Source of the DNA: a virus
Lineage: Duplodnaviria > Caudoviricetes
Virus record (IMG/VR): IMGVR_UViG_3300025735_000007
Coordinates: 32,001 to 96,000 of that record
Strand: one strand, 5' to 3'
DNA: 64,000 nt
Of the stretch, positions 54,514-63,718 are shown piece after piece. The notes below the pieces were generated by a model. That model did not search any database, was not told where the DNA came from, and saw only the letters and a list, made by a program, of their open reading frames with translations. Position 1 is the first letter of the stretch. Each line of letters opens with the position of its first letter. The position numbers and the translations under genes are program-made.

Positions 54514-55587
54514 ATGACGCCATACGGGCTTCTATCAGACACGCATTGCCATAACTGGTCCGCCTTCGCGCAGACCGATGACGACCTCATCAACACACGC
54601 CTCGTGATGATCCTCGACGAGATCGAGCGCTGTGCCATCGAGACTAAGAAAGCGGGCGGTAATACGGTGTATCACGGGGGCGACCTGTTCCACGTTCGCG
54701 GCTCGATCGAACCGAGCGTGCTGAACCCGACACGCGCCCGCTTCGAACATATCTACCGGCAGCATGGCGTGAAATTCCGCCTGCTGCCGGGCAATCACGA
54801 CCTTGAGCACAAGCACAGCAACGCCGTCGGCAACTCGGTCGAGGCGATGCGCGGTGAGTGGGTCGAAGTCAATCACGGTCCGACGTTCTACCCGGAGCAC
54901 CCGGTGACGGCCACGCTTGAAGGCGTGCAGATGGTCCCGTGGGTCGAGCGCGTGCAGGACTTCAAGGACAACATCGAAACTTGGGGACTTGACCGCGCGT
55001 GCCGCGCGAAGCGCGACCTGATCATTCACGCGCCGATCGACGGCGTGATCGAGGGGCTGCCCGACCACGGACTCACCGGCGAATGGCTCGCGGAGCTCGG
55101 CTTCAAGCGCGTGTTCAGCGGCCACTACCACAACCACAAGGAAATCATCCCGGGCAAGGTCTGGTCGATCGGCGCGCTCACGCACCAGACGTGGGGCGAC
55201 GTCGGCAGCAAGGCCGGTTTCCTGATCGTAAGCGACGCGGGCGTCAAGTGGCACAGCACGCATGCACCGCAGTTCGTGGACATCGACGCGTCGATGGACC
55301 CGTCCGAAGTCTCGTTGCGCTGCGATGGAAACTACGTGCGGGTCAAGGTCCAGAACGCGAAGCCCTCCGAAGTGAGCGCGATTCGCGACGGCCTGATGAA
55401 GCACGGCGCGCTCGGCGTGAATGTGAACGTCGTCAAGGTGCCGGTGACCGGCCGGCCGACAGTGAGCACCGTCAAAGCGGGCGCCTCGGTTGAAGTGCAA
55501 GTGACCGACTACATCAAGAGCGCGGGCTTCGAACATGCGGAGCTCGTCGCACAAGCAGCAATCAACGTTCTCGCGGAGGCGGTGTAA
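54514..55587 (+). CDS. SbcD/Mre11/gp47-like nuclease
   Basis: SDTH, GDLFH, GNHD, GHYH. Confidence 0.88.
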   Translation: MTPYGLLSDTHCHNWSAFAQTDDDLINTRLVMILDEIERCAIETKKAGGNTVYHGGDLFHVRGSIEPSVLNPTRARFEHIYRQHGVKFRLLPGNHDLEHKHSNAVGNSVEAMRGEWVEVNHGPTFYPEHPVTATLEGVQMVPWVERVQDFKDNIETWGLDRACRAKRDLIIHAPIDGVIEGLPDHGLTGEWLAELGFKRVFSGHYHNHKEIIPGKVWSIGALTHQTWGDVGSKAGFLIVSDAGVKWHSTHAPQFVDIDASMDPSEVSLRCDGNYVRVKVQNAKPSEVSAIRDGLMKHGALGVNVNVVKVPVTGRPTVSTVKAGASVEVQVTDYIKSAGFEHAELVAQAAINVLAEAV

Positions 55588-57548
55588 TGGACTTTCTCAA
55601 ACTGCGGGCGGTCAACTTCCTGACGCTCGGTGACTCGGGCGACCTCTCGCTCAAGGATCGCGGGCTCGTCCTAATTCAGGGCGTGAACAAGGACGACACA
55701 TCGACCGAATCGAACGGCGCAGGCAAGTCGTCTATCGCCGACGCGCTGTGCTGGGCGCTGTTCGGCACGACCGCGCGCGGCGAGTCGGGTGATCAGATCA
55801 TCAACGAAAAGGCGAAGAAGGGCACGTATGTGAGCCTGTCCCTGCAGGACGGCGAGACGATCTACGAGATCCGCCGCCATCGCAAGGACAAGCAGTTCAA
55901 GAACGCGACAACGATCACGCGCTGGAATCCGGCCGAGAGCTTCTTCAATGGCGCGGTGGGCGAGCGCATCGAGAAGGGCACCGAGAAGGAAGTGCAGCCG
56001 CAGATCAACGAAATCATCGGCTGCAACTACGACGTGTTCAAGTCGGCGATCTACGCCGGACAGGAGGACATGCCCGACCTGCCGAAGATGACCGACAAGC
56101 CGCTGAAGATGCTGATCGAGAAGGCGGCCGGCATCGAGCGGCTGGAGTCGGCCTACACGATCGCAAACCGCAAGCGCGACGAAGCCGTCGCCGCGGTCGA
56201 GAGTGCCACCAAGCAGATCGGCTCGCACGAGGCGCACATTGTGAACTGGAAGGTCTCGCTCTCGCAGGCTGAGACCAGCCACGCCGCGTTCGAAGCTGAG
56301 CGCCCCAACGTGCAGGCGGGCTGGACGGGCCGGGCCACGACGATCGCCGATGCGCTGCGGCAGAACTTCGAGACCTACAAGGGGCTCGGGGAGGCCGCGC
56401 TTGTCGCCGAGCGTGACCAGCTGCAAGCGATCCTCGCAGATCACAACAAGTTCACGGTGCAGCGCAACGAGCTGATCAAGACAGAGAGCGCGGCGGCAAC
56501 CGCGCACCGCGTGCGGCTCGCCGACTTTGAGCGCGTGCGCTCACACGCCGTCGCCGCCAGCGAAGCGATCAAGAACGCGCCGGCGGCGATGGCGAAGCCC
56601 TGCACCGAATGCGGCAAGCCGCACACCGCCGAAGAGCTCGACGAGTTTGTCGCACATCAGCGCAAGCGCGCGATGGAACTCGCGGTCGAGGCGGGCCAGA
56701 TCCAGTCCGAAGTGACGGAGCTCCAGAATGCGGCCGCCGCCGCTGCGAAGGCAGTCGAAGACTTCACCGCGACCATCCCTGATGTGTCGGCGACCAGCGC
56801 GCGCCTCGCGCAGGTGAATCAAACACTTCAGACGTGCCACCAGCTGAAGAACATGATCCAGCAGCAGAAGGCTGAGCACGACCGCGCGAAAGCCGAAGCC
56901 GAGAAGGCGCTCACCGTGGTCAACCCGCACCAGTCGGCGATCGATATGGGCCGTCAGCAGATCGCCAAGATTGAGGCTGAGATCGAGTCGATCAAGGCGG
57001 GTGCCGTCGAGCTCATGGAGGCGGTCGAGATCGCCGAGAGCGTGGTGAAGGTCTTCAGCCCCGGTGGCGTGCGCGCGCAGATCCTCGACACGGTGACGCC
57101 GTTCCTGAACGACCGCACCTCCGATTACCTGTCGTCCCTGTCGGACGGCAATATCAGCGCCGTCTGGTCGACGCTTTCGACCACCGCGAAGGGCGAGCTC
57201 CGGGAGAAGTTCAACATCGACGTCGAGAACGCCACGGGCGCGAAGACGTTCGGGGGTCTGTCGGGCGGGGAAAAGCGCAAGGTGCGGCTCGCGACGATGC
57301 TCGCGCTGCAGGACTTGGTTGCCTCGCGCGCGACGAAGCCGCTGTCGCTGTGGGTTGGCGACGAGATTGACGACGCGCTTGACGCCGCGGGCCTCGAGCG
57401 CCTCATGACGGTGCTCGAGCACAAGGCGCGTGAGAAGGGCACGGTGCTGATCATCAGCCACGAGTCGCTCTCCGACTGGTGCGACCAGATCGCCACGGTC
57501 ACGAAGCAGGGTGGTCAGTCCACCGTATCGGGGGCGCTGAGCGTATGA
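55587..57548 (+). CDS. SbcC/Rad50/gp46-like ATPase
   Basis: NGAGKSS, coiled coils, CTEC zinc hook, LSGGE, DE, ISH. Confidence 0.9.
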   Translation: MDFLKLRAVNFLTLGDSGDLSLKDRGLVLIQGVNKDDTSTESNGAGKSSIADALCWALFGTTARGESGDQIINEKAKKGTYVSLSLQDGETIYEIRRHRKDKQFKNATTITRWNPAESFFNGAVGERIEKGTEKEVQPQINEIIGCNYDVFKSAIYAGQEDMPDLPKMTDKPLKMLIEKAAGIERLESAYTIANRKRDEAVAAVESATKQIGSHEAHIVNWKVSLSQAETSHAAFEAERPNVQAGWTGRATTIADALRQNFETYKGLGEAALVAERDQLQAILADHNKFTVQRNELIKTESAAATAHRVRLADFERVRSHAVAASEAIKNAPAAMAKPCTECGKPHTAEELDEFVAHQRKRAMELAVEAGQIQSEVTELQNAAAAAAKAVEDFTATIPDVSATSARLAQVNQTLQTCHQLKNMIQQQKAEHDRAKAEAEKALTVVNPHQSAIDMGRQQIAKIEAEIESIKAGAVELMEAVEIAESVVKVFSPGGVRAQILDTVTPFLNDRTSDYLSSLSDGNISAVWSTLSTTAKGELREKFNIDVENATGAKTFGGLSGGEKRKVRLATMLALQDLVASRATKPLSLWVGDEIDDALDAAGLERLMTVLEHKAREKGTVLIISHESLSDWCDQIATVTKQGGQSTVSGALSV

Positions 57549-58420
57549 ACGCCAAAATTGCGGCGGGCTTGAGGAAGAGGCAGTTCTCAAGCCCGTTCGA
57601 GGATCACTTCGAGACGCCAAAGAGCACGATCTCAATGAGCGGGCGCCAGATGGGTAAGTCAACTCTTATGCGCGAACTGGCCGAACAGCAGGAGAGCCTT
57701 GCGAGAGCCATCGTCCGGTCATCGCCATCGAGCATTGGTGCGGCGGCAACCACTGCGACCGCCGCGCCGCCTTGGGCGAGTAAGAGCGCGGAAGAGATCG
57801 TCGCCGATATGAAGCGCTTCGCGGAACAGCTTGAAAAGTCGGCACCCGTAACCAGCGGGGCGATGATCGGCGATGGTCTCATCACTGCCGCGAAGATTGC
57901 CTCGTCGCTGCCCTGGCCCGGCACCAAGCCGAACATGTTCGACGACATTGTGGCGTCGGCGTCCGGGATCGTAAACCTCACTGAGGAACAACCCATGAAC
58001 ACCTCGAAGGAAGAAGCCGCGAAGCAGCTTGCCGCGCAGATCAACCAGAAGATCACGACGACCATCAGGCCCGGGCCATTCAAGCTCGCCGGCCCGGCGC
58101 AACTGACGATCAAGACGCGCCAGTCGCAATACAAGAAAAAGGCGTTTCTCGGCGACGAGACGATGAGCCTGACGAGTGTCTATGGAGGCAAGCGGGAAGT
58201 GATCGCTGTGTTCAAGAACGCGCTGCCGGTCGACTACTCCTACATCGAGATTCCGCTGGCCGACGCCACGACGCAGCTCGCCGGGTTCAAGGAATATCTA
58301 GCGTCGCTGGGTGTGGCGGACATCGACACGATCGTCGCCGGCATCGAGCAGCAGAAGACACAGACCGCGGCCGCCGAGCGCGACGAATTGCTCGCTGACC
58401 CGGAATTCGCAAGCTGGTAA
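57545..58420 (+). CDS. Hypothetical protein with mosaic N-terminal half; internal start likely at 57995
   Basis: ATGA overlap with sbcC; in-frame ATG 57995 preceded by GAGGA. Confidence 0.55.
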   Translation: MNAKIAAGLRKRQFSSPFEDHFETPKSTISMSGRQMGKSTLMRELAEQQESLARAIVRSSPSSIGAAATTATAAPPWASKSAEEIVADMKRFAEQLEKSAPVTSGAMIGDGLITAAKIASSLPWPGTKPNMFDDIVASASGIVNLTEEQPMNTSKEEAAKQLAAQINQKITTTIRPGPFKLAGPAQLTIKTRQSQYKKKAFLGDETMSLTSVYGGKREVIAVFKNALPVDYSYIEIPLADATTQLAGFKEYLASLGVADIDTIVAGIEQQKTQTAAAERDELLADPEFASW

Positions 58421-58434
58421 CCGAGGACAGGAAG

Positions 58435-59013
58435 ATGAAACTGAAGATTGTTGGTCTGGACCCATCGCTCACCCACACGGGCATCGCGATCATGGAATAC
58501 GACGTTGCGGCGGCGGCACTCGACGTGTCGGAACTGCGGTTGATCGTCACCGAAAACCAGAAGGGTAAGCAGGTCCGTCAGAACTCGGACGACCTGCGTC
58601 GCGCCCGCGAGGTCGTTGCGGGCATACACAGCGCGTGTAATGGTGCGCTCTTTGCCGTGTCTGAAGTCCCGATGGGCGCACAGAGCGCGCGGGCAGCGCT
58701 CGCGTTTGGCATGGTCATTGGGATTCTTGCGAACCTGCCTGTGCCGTTGATTCAGGTGAGCCCGCTCGAAGTGAAGATGGCGGCGGTCGGGCACCGTCAG
58801 GCGGCGAAGGAAGAAATGATCGCCTGGGCAGTCGCAAAGCATCCGAATGCGGGCTGGCTTCTACAGGACAAGAATGGCGCGCGCCATAAAAAAGGCGACC
58901 TGAAAGCCGACAACGAGCACTTGGCCGATGCAGTCGCGGTCGGCGAGGCCGGGATTCTGACCGACCAGTTCAAGCAGGCAGTGGCGATGCTCAGCTTCGC
59001 GAAGGCAGCCTGA
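58435..59013 (+). CDS. RuvC-like Holliday junction resolvase
   Basis: VGLDPSLTHTG, SE, P.EVK..A.G...A.K, ADA. Confidence 0.85.
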   Translation: MKLKIVGLDPSLTHTGIAIMEYDVAAAALDVSELRLIVTENQKGKQVRQNSDDLRRAREVVAGIHSACNGALFAVSEVPMGAQSARAALAFGMVIGILANLPVPLIQVSPLEVKMAAVGHRQAAKEEMIAWAVAKHPNAGWLLQDKNGARHKKGDLKADNEHLADAVAVGEAGILTDQFKQAVAMLSFAKAA

Positions 59014-59022
59014 CATTCACGA

Positions 59023-60114
59023 CTATGGGTGGAAGTTGTCCGAGTCGTCAGTTGATAGGCCGAAAACTTCAGCTGCTGCATTCCAAAGACCGGCATCGAT
59101 GTCTAGGTGTTCCTCCAGCAACGCAGAGAAGAAAGCGTAGACGTCGTCGTCGGAGGCAATCAAAGCGATTTGACTGTTGTCGATTGCGGCCTCCAAAAGG
59201 CGTTCTGCTTCGGTTCTATTTATCGTCGGGCGCAACTGTTCGAGTTTTGCGATCGCCTCGTGGGTCGCTCGAAATGTGGGACTGGTCACTAAAGCCTCAA
59301 TTGCAGCTTCCTTCTCGGCGCTGGGCGCGGTAACTGGAGTGGCGGCAGCCGCGACTTCAAGCATCACACCGTGTGCCTGGACTGGCTCCGGCGGCGAAGC
59401 TGCGGGTTCTGCTGCCGGCTGGCCGCGTGCCTCTTCTGCATCCGCTAGGTATCGGTCTAAGAATGGCTTGACGCCTTTGTAGACGTGTAGCTTGCCATTT
59501 TTCGACTGCTTCCACTCAACTTCCAGCGACGGATGTGGTCGGCCCGTGTTAAGTGCCGAAACGTAGTCTCCATCGTTGCTGACGATATGGAGGTCGCCAT
59601 CCGGAACCCGGCTCAGCAGCACCTCCCAGTTATACTGATCTCCAACGCTGTCAGGTTTACCCGGCGGACTGCCTTTCTGCATCCGTTTCACGGCTCTAAC
59701 AAAAATCTGTTCATCGTCCAGATAGAGTTCAGCCTTATCGATGAGGTCTTGTAAAACAATGTCAGCGGGTAGAGCGTTATTGGAAGCGTCCGTCGCTGCC
59801 TGATTGATCATCGCGTTGCGTGCTCTCGTCGCGGCTTCGACCGCGGTTCTATACTCGCTGGCTTGAGGGTATTCCAGCATGTGCTGAGGAATCCCGCCGG
59901 GGTGACTTTCTTTTTTGAAATTGTCCGCTGCGGTCTTTAGCCTGGTTTCGCGATTCCGCCAGAGTTCGTCGAGAACCTGTTCAGGAAGATGAAGGCAAAT
60001 CCCATCTGCCGTGAGGTGCTCGCTGAGGTCCTTCAATTGACCTAGCGATTCCTTTGTTGAGGAATAAAATTCGAGGAAAACGTTGGTATCAACGAAGAGG
60101 TGTGTCTGCGCCAT
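59023..60114 (-). CDS. PIN-domain protein, antisense insertion
   Basis: LFVDTNVFL, QVLDE..RN, GDQYNW, SNDGDY; lower GC, opposite strand. Confidence 0.75.
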   Translation of the reverse strand: MAQTHLFVDTNVFLEFYSSTKESLGQLKDLSEHLTADGICLHLPEQVLDELWRNRETRLKTAADNFKKESHPGGIPQHMLEYPQASEYRTAVEAATRARNAMINQAATDASNNALPADIVLQDLIDKAELYLDDEQIFVRAVKRMQKGSPPGKPDSVGDQYNWEVLLSRVPDGDLHIVSNDGDYVSALNTGRPHPSLEVEWKQSKNGKLHVYKGVKPFLDRYLADAEEARGQPAAEPAASPPEPVQAHGVMLEVAAAATPVTAPSAEKEAAIEALVTSPTFRATHEAIAKLEQLRPTINRTEAERLLEAAIDNSQIALIASDDDVYAFFSALLEEHLDIDAGLWNAAAEVFGLSTDDSDNFHP

Positions 60115-60268
60115 GAGTGTTGTGCGTGCTAGTGACTATTTTCGTATATTGCCATGTTCCCACGGTCTTAACGCCTATTCGTGGCGGTAGGGATCGGACG
60201 CGTCGTCTCTGACTATACTGAACAGGGAAGGGGTCGCGAGTCGCGGCTTATTTTTTTGTCTGTGAAGA

Positions 60269-60290
60269 TAAGTAATGTGTGACTTATAAT
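60269..60290 (+). promoter_or_regulatory. Operator overlapping -10 upstream of nrdA
   Basis: TAAGTAA TGTG TGACTTA-TAAT. Confidence 0.72.
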
Positions 60291-60320
60291 CCCTTCCCCC
60301 TCGCCAACCTCGACTGAGAA

Positions 60321-62597
60321 ATGAAACACATGAACGTAGTAAAGCGCGATGGCTCGACCGAGCCGATGAACGTCCCCAAGATCCAGAAGTGCATCGAATG
60401 GGCCTGCAAGGGCCTGAACGTTTCCCAGTCCGAGCTCGAGACGAGTGTCGGCGATATGCTGTATGACGGCATGTCGACCAAAGATATTCACCGCGCGACG
60501 ATCCTCGCCGCGGGCGGTCTGATCAGCCTCGCTGCGCCCGACTACACCTACGTCGCCGCGCGCCTGCTCAAGCAGCAGATTTTCAAGGAGTCGGTCGGCT
60601 CGATCGACTACCCGCACCTGGCCGACTACGTGAACAACGCGGTCGCGCTGGAAAAGCTGACCCCGGAACTGGTCGACGGCCGCTTCGATCTTGACGCGCT
60701 GAACGCGGAGATCGTCGCCGATCGCGACTACCAGTTCGACTACCTAGGCCTGCAAACGCTCGCCGATCGCTATTTCATCCGTGAGACGCCGGACGGCCGC
60801 ATCATGGAAATGCCGCAGCACTTCTTCATGCGCGTCGCGATGGGCCTCGCATTGCGCGAAGACAATGCGACGGCGCGCGCCATCGAGTTCTATACGGTGC
60901 TGTCGAAGTTTGAATTCATCAATTCGACGCCGACGCTGTTCAACTCCGCGACGCTGCACCAGCAGATGTCGTCCTGCTACGGCAATCAGGTGGGCGACCA
61001 GATCGTTGCCGAGCCGGGCGATCACCCCTACGACTCCATCTACGGCGCGATCACCGAGTGCGCGTTGCTGTCGAAATACGCGGGCGGCATCGGCACCGAC
61101 TGGACGCCGGTGCGTGGCAAGAACTCGCATATCAAGGGCACCAACGGGAAGTCCTCGGGCGTCGTCCCTTACCTGAAGGTCTACAACGACACCGCGGTGG
61201 CGGTAAATCAGGGCGGCAAGCGCAAGGGTTCGTTCGCGCCGTATCTGGAAACGTGGCACCCGGATCTGCCGGCCTTCCTGCAGCTGCGCAAAAACACCGG
61301 CGACGACCACGAGCGCTGCCACGACATCTTCCCGGCGAACTGGATTCCCGACCTGTTCATGGAGCGGGTGAAGGCGAAGGGCAAGTGGCATTTCTTCGAT
61401 CCGCACAGCTACCCGGAGCTGCACGAGCTCTACGGCGACGCCTTCCGCGCGCGCTACGAGGAGCTCGAAGCGGCCGGCGCATGCGTGGGCGAGGTCGAGG
61501 CGCTGACGCTGTGGCGCGACATGCTGACGGCGCTGTTTGAGACGGGCAACCCGTGGATGACGTGGAAGGACGAAATGAATCGTCGTAACCCGCAAAGCCA
61601 CGTCGGTGTCATCCACAACTCGAACCTGTGCACCGAGATCGCGCTGAACAACTCGGAAGACGAGACGTTCGTGTGCAACCTCGGCAGCGTAAACGTCGCC
61701 AAGGTTGACCCGTTCGCCAATCCGAAGCGCTTCAGCCAGGTCGTGAAGACCGGCATGCGCATGCTGGACAACGTGATCGACATCAACTTCTATCCCAGCG
61801 ACCGCGCGAAGACCGCCAATATGCGGCACCGCCCGGTGGGTCTGGGCCTGATGGGGCTGACCGACCTGATGGCGAAACAGGGCGTGGACTGGGAATCGCA
61901 AGCGTGCCTCGTCCTGAACGACGAGCTGCTCGAGGCGCTCTCTTACGAGGCGATCAGCGCGTCGGTGGATCTCTCGGCCGAGCGCGGCGCCTACAGCACG
62001 TTCGCCGGCTCGAAGTGGTCGCAGGGCATCCTGCCGATCGATACGGCTCGCAACCAGGACGTATCGGGCAGGTATGACTGGGACGAGCTCCGTCACCGCG
62101 TCGTCACCTACGGCATGCGTAACAGCAACACGATGGCAATCGCGCCGACCGCAACGATCAGCAACATCATCGGCGTGTCGCCGTGCGTCGAGCCGAACTT
62201 CGAGCGCTTTCACTCGAAGAAGAACATGGGTGGCAAGTTCCTCGTGATCGCCCCGTCGCTGCGCTACACGGACTCGATCAAGACGTGCTTCGAGATCGAC
62301 CCGATCTGGATCGTCGAGGCTGCGGCCCGCCGCCAGAAGTGGATCGACCAGGCGCAGTCTACGAATATCTGGATCAAGGCGGGCACGAAGGGCAAGGTGC
62401 TCTCGGACCTCTACATGCTCGCATGGGAGCGCGGCCTGAAGACGACCTACTACCTGCGCACCGAATCGGCGAAGGCGCAGGAAGAGGGCGCGGCCGCCGC
62501 AGCCGCCCCTGCGGCACAGGCTGCCGACGTCATGGAGCAGGACGTCTCGGCGGGTCTGTGCTCGATCACCAACCCCGACTGCACCAGTTGCCAGTAA
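60321..62597 (+). CDS. nrdA: Ribonucleotide reductase class I alpha subunit with ATP cone
   Basis: VVKRDG, TPTLFN, SSC, NLCTEI, VCNL, APTA, KTTYY, C-terminal CxxC. Confidence 0.95.
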   Translation: MKHMNVVKRDGSTEPMNVPKIQKCIEWACKGLNVSQSELETSVGDMLYDGMSTKDIHRATILAAGGLISLAAPDYTYVAARLLKQQIFKESVGSIDYPHLADYVNNAVALEKLTPELVDGRFDLDALNAEIVADRDYQFDYLGLQTLADRYFIRETPDGRIMEMPQHFFMRVAMGLALREDNATARAIEFYTVLSKFEFINSTPTLFNSATLHQQMSSCYGNQVGDQIVAEPGDHPYDSIYGAITECALLSKYAGGIGTDWTPVRGKNSHIKGTNGKSSGVVPYLKVYNDTAVAVNQGGKRKGSFAPYLETWHPDLPAFLQLRKNTGDDHERCHDIFPANWIPDLFMERVKAKGKWHFFDPHSYPELHELYGDAFRARYEELEAAGACVGEVEALTLWRDMLTALFETGNPWMTWKDEMNRRNPQSHVGVIHNSNLCTEIALNNSEDETFVCNLGSVNVAKVDPFANPKRFSQVVKTGMRMLDNVIDINFYPSDRAKTANMRHRPVGLGLMGLTDLMAKQGVDWESQACLVLNDELLEALSYEAISASVDLSAERGAYSTFAGSKWSQGILPIDTARNQDVSGRYDWDELRHRVVTYGMRNSNTMAIAPTATISNIIGVSPCVEPNFERFHSKKNMGGKFLVIAPSLRYTDSIKTCFEIDPIWIVEAAARRQKWIDQAQSTNIWIKAGTKGKVLSDLYMLAWERGLKTTYYLRTESAKAQEEGAAAAAAPAAQAADVMEQDVSAGLCSITNPDCTSCQ

Positions 62598-62650
62598 CCA
62601 ACCAAGAAAGGGCCGGGCAACCGGCCCTCATACATTCCCGAGGCATAGCA

Positions 62651-63643
62651 ATGAGTAGCAACTACGCACAGATCATCAACGACCGCCGGCTCGCATTTGG
62701 CCCGCGCAGCGACCTGATGGCGATCTCGCCCGCCAAGCACAAGTGGGCGCGCGACATGTGGAAGCAGATGAAGGCGAACAACTGGGATCTCCACGAGACC
62801 GATCTGACCGAAGACGGCCCGTGCTACCGCAACCGGCTCACGGACGGCGAGCGCTTCGCGTATGACAGCGCGCTGTCGTTCGCCTCGAACCTCGACGGCA
62901 TCCAGTTGCACAGCCTGTCGAACGTCGAGGCGTGCATCACGTCCCCCGAGGTCGAAATGTGCATCAAGCGCCAGATGTATGAGGAAGCGCTTCACGTCGA
63001 CGCCTACAGCGAAATGGTCGAAACCGTTTCCGCGGACCCGATGGCCGTCTATATGCGCTTCGAGCGCGACGGCATGCTCGCGGCGAAGAACGAGCACATC
63101 CTCGCGCAGTCGCGCATTCTGAAGGGCGAGCAGACGCCCGCGCAGTTCGCCCGCTCACTGGTCGCCAATATCGCGCTTGAGGGCATCTACTTCTACAGCG
63201 CGTTCCTCGTCTTTTACGCGCTCGCGCGCAACGGGAAGATGACGGGCTCGGCCGACAGCGTGAAGCTCATCCACCGCGACGAGCGCACACACCTGAAGCT
63301 GTTCAAGCAGATGCACCAGACGATGCGCCAGGAGCGCCCGGAGCTATACGACGCGCAGTTCTGGCGCGACGCTGAATTCCTGATTCGCGATGCGGTGGAG
63401 CTGGAAGGGAAGTGGGGCGGCTACATCGTCAGCAAGGGCATGTTGGGGCTGACCGCGCCGATCGTCACGGGCTTCCTGCAATCGACAGCGAACGAGCACG
63501 CGGTGGACATCGGCCTGCCCGAGCTGTTCCCCGGCGTGAAGAACCCGGTGCCGTGGTTCAAGCCGTTCTCCGAAGGCGAAGAGGCGAACTTCTTCGAAGC
63601 GAAGGTGGGCGACTACGCCGTCGGCACGCTCGATTGGGAGTAA
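62651..63643 (+). CDS. nrdB: Ribonucleotide reductase class Ia beta subunit
   Basis: D ligand, EEALHVDAY (radical Tyr), EGIYFY, RDERTH, NFFE. Confidence 0.92.
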   Translation: MSSNYAQIINDRRLAFGPRSDLMAISPAKHKWARDMWKQMKANNWDLHETDLTEDGPCYRNRLTDGERFAYDSALSFASNLDGIQLHSLSNVEACITSPEVEMCIKRQMYEEALHVDAYSEMVETVSADPMAVYMRFERDGMLAAKNEHILAQSRILKGEQTPAQFARSLVANIALEGIYFYSAFLVFYALARNGKMTGSADSVKLIHRDERTHLKLFKQMHQTMRQERPELYDAQFWRDAEFLIRDAVELEGKWGGYIVSKGMLGLTAPIVTGFLQSTANEHAVDIGLPELFPGVKNPVPWFKPFSEGEEANFFEAKVGDYAVGTLDWE

Positions 63644-63651
63644 CGCGCGAA

Positions 63652-63672
63652 TAAGTCACGGGTTACTATACT
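63652..63672 (+). promoter_or_regulatory. Operator overlapping -10
   Basis: TAAGTCA CGGG TTACTAT-ACT. Confidence 0.7.
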
Positions 63673-63718
63673 GTTCACTAACCGCCCGGGCGACCGGGCA
63701 TTCACCGAAGGAAAGAGC

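Noticed and set aside
676-63669. The 18-bp palindrome as LexA boxes, dif/Xer sites or parS
   Set aside because: It does not match CTGT-N8-ACAG or the 11-6-11 dif layout; placement at operon starts and over -10 boxes favours operators, though a partition or organising role is not excluded
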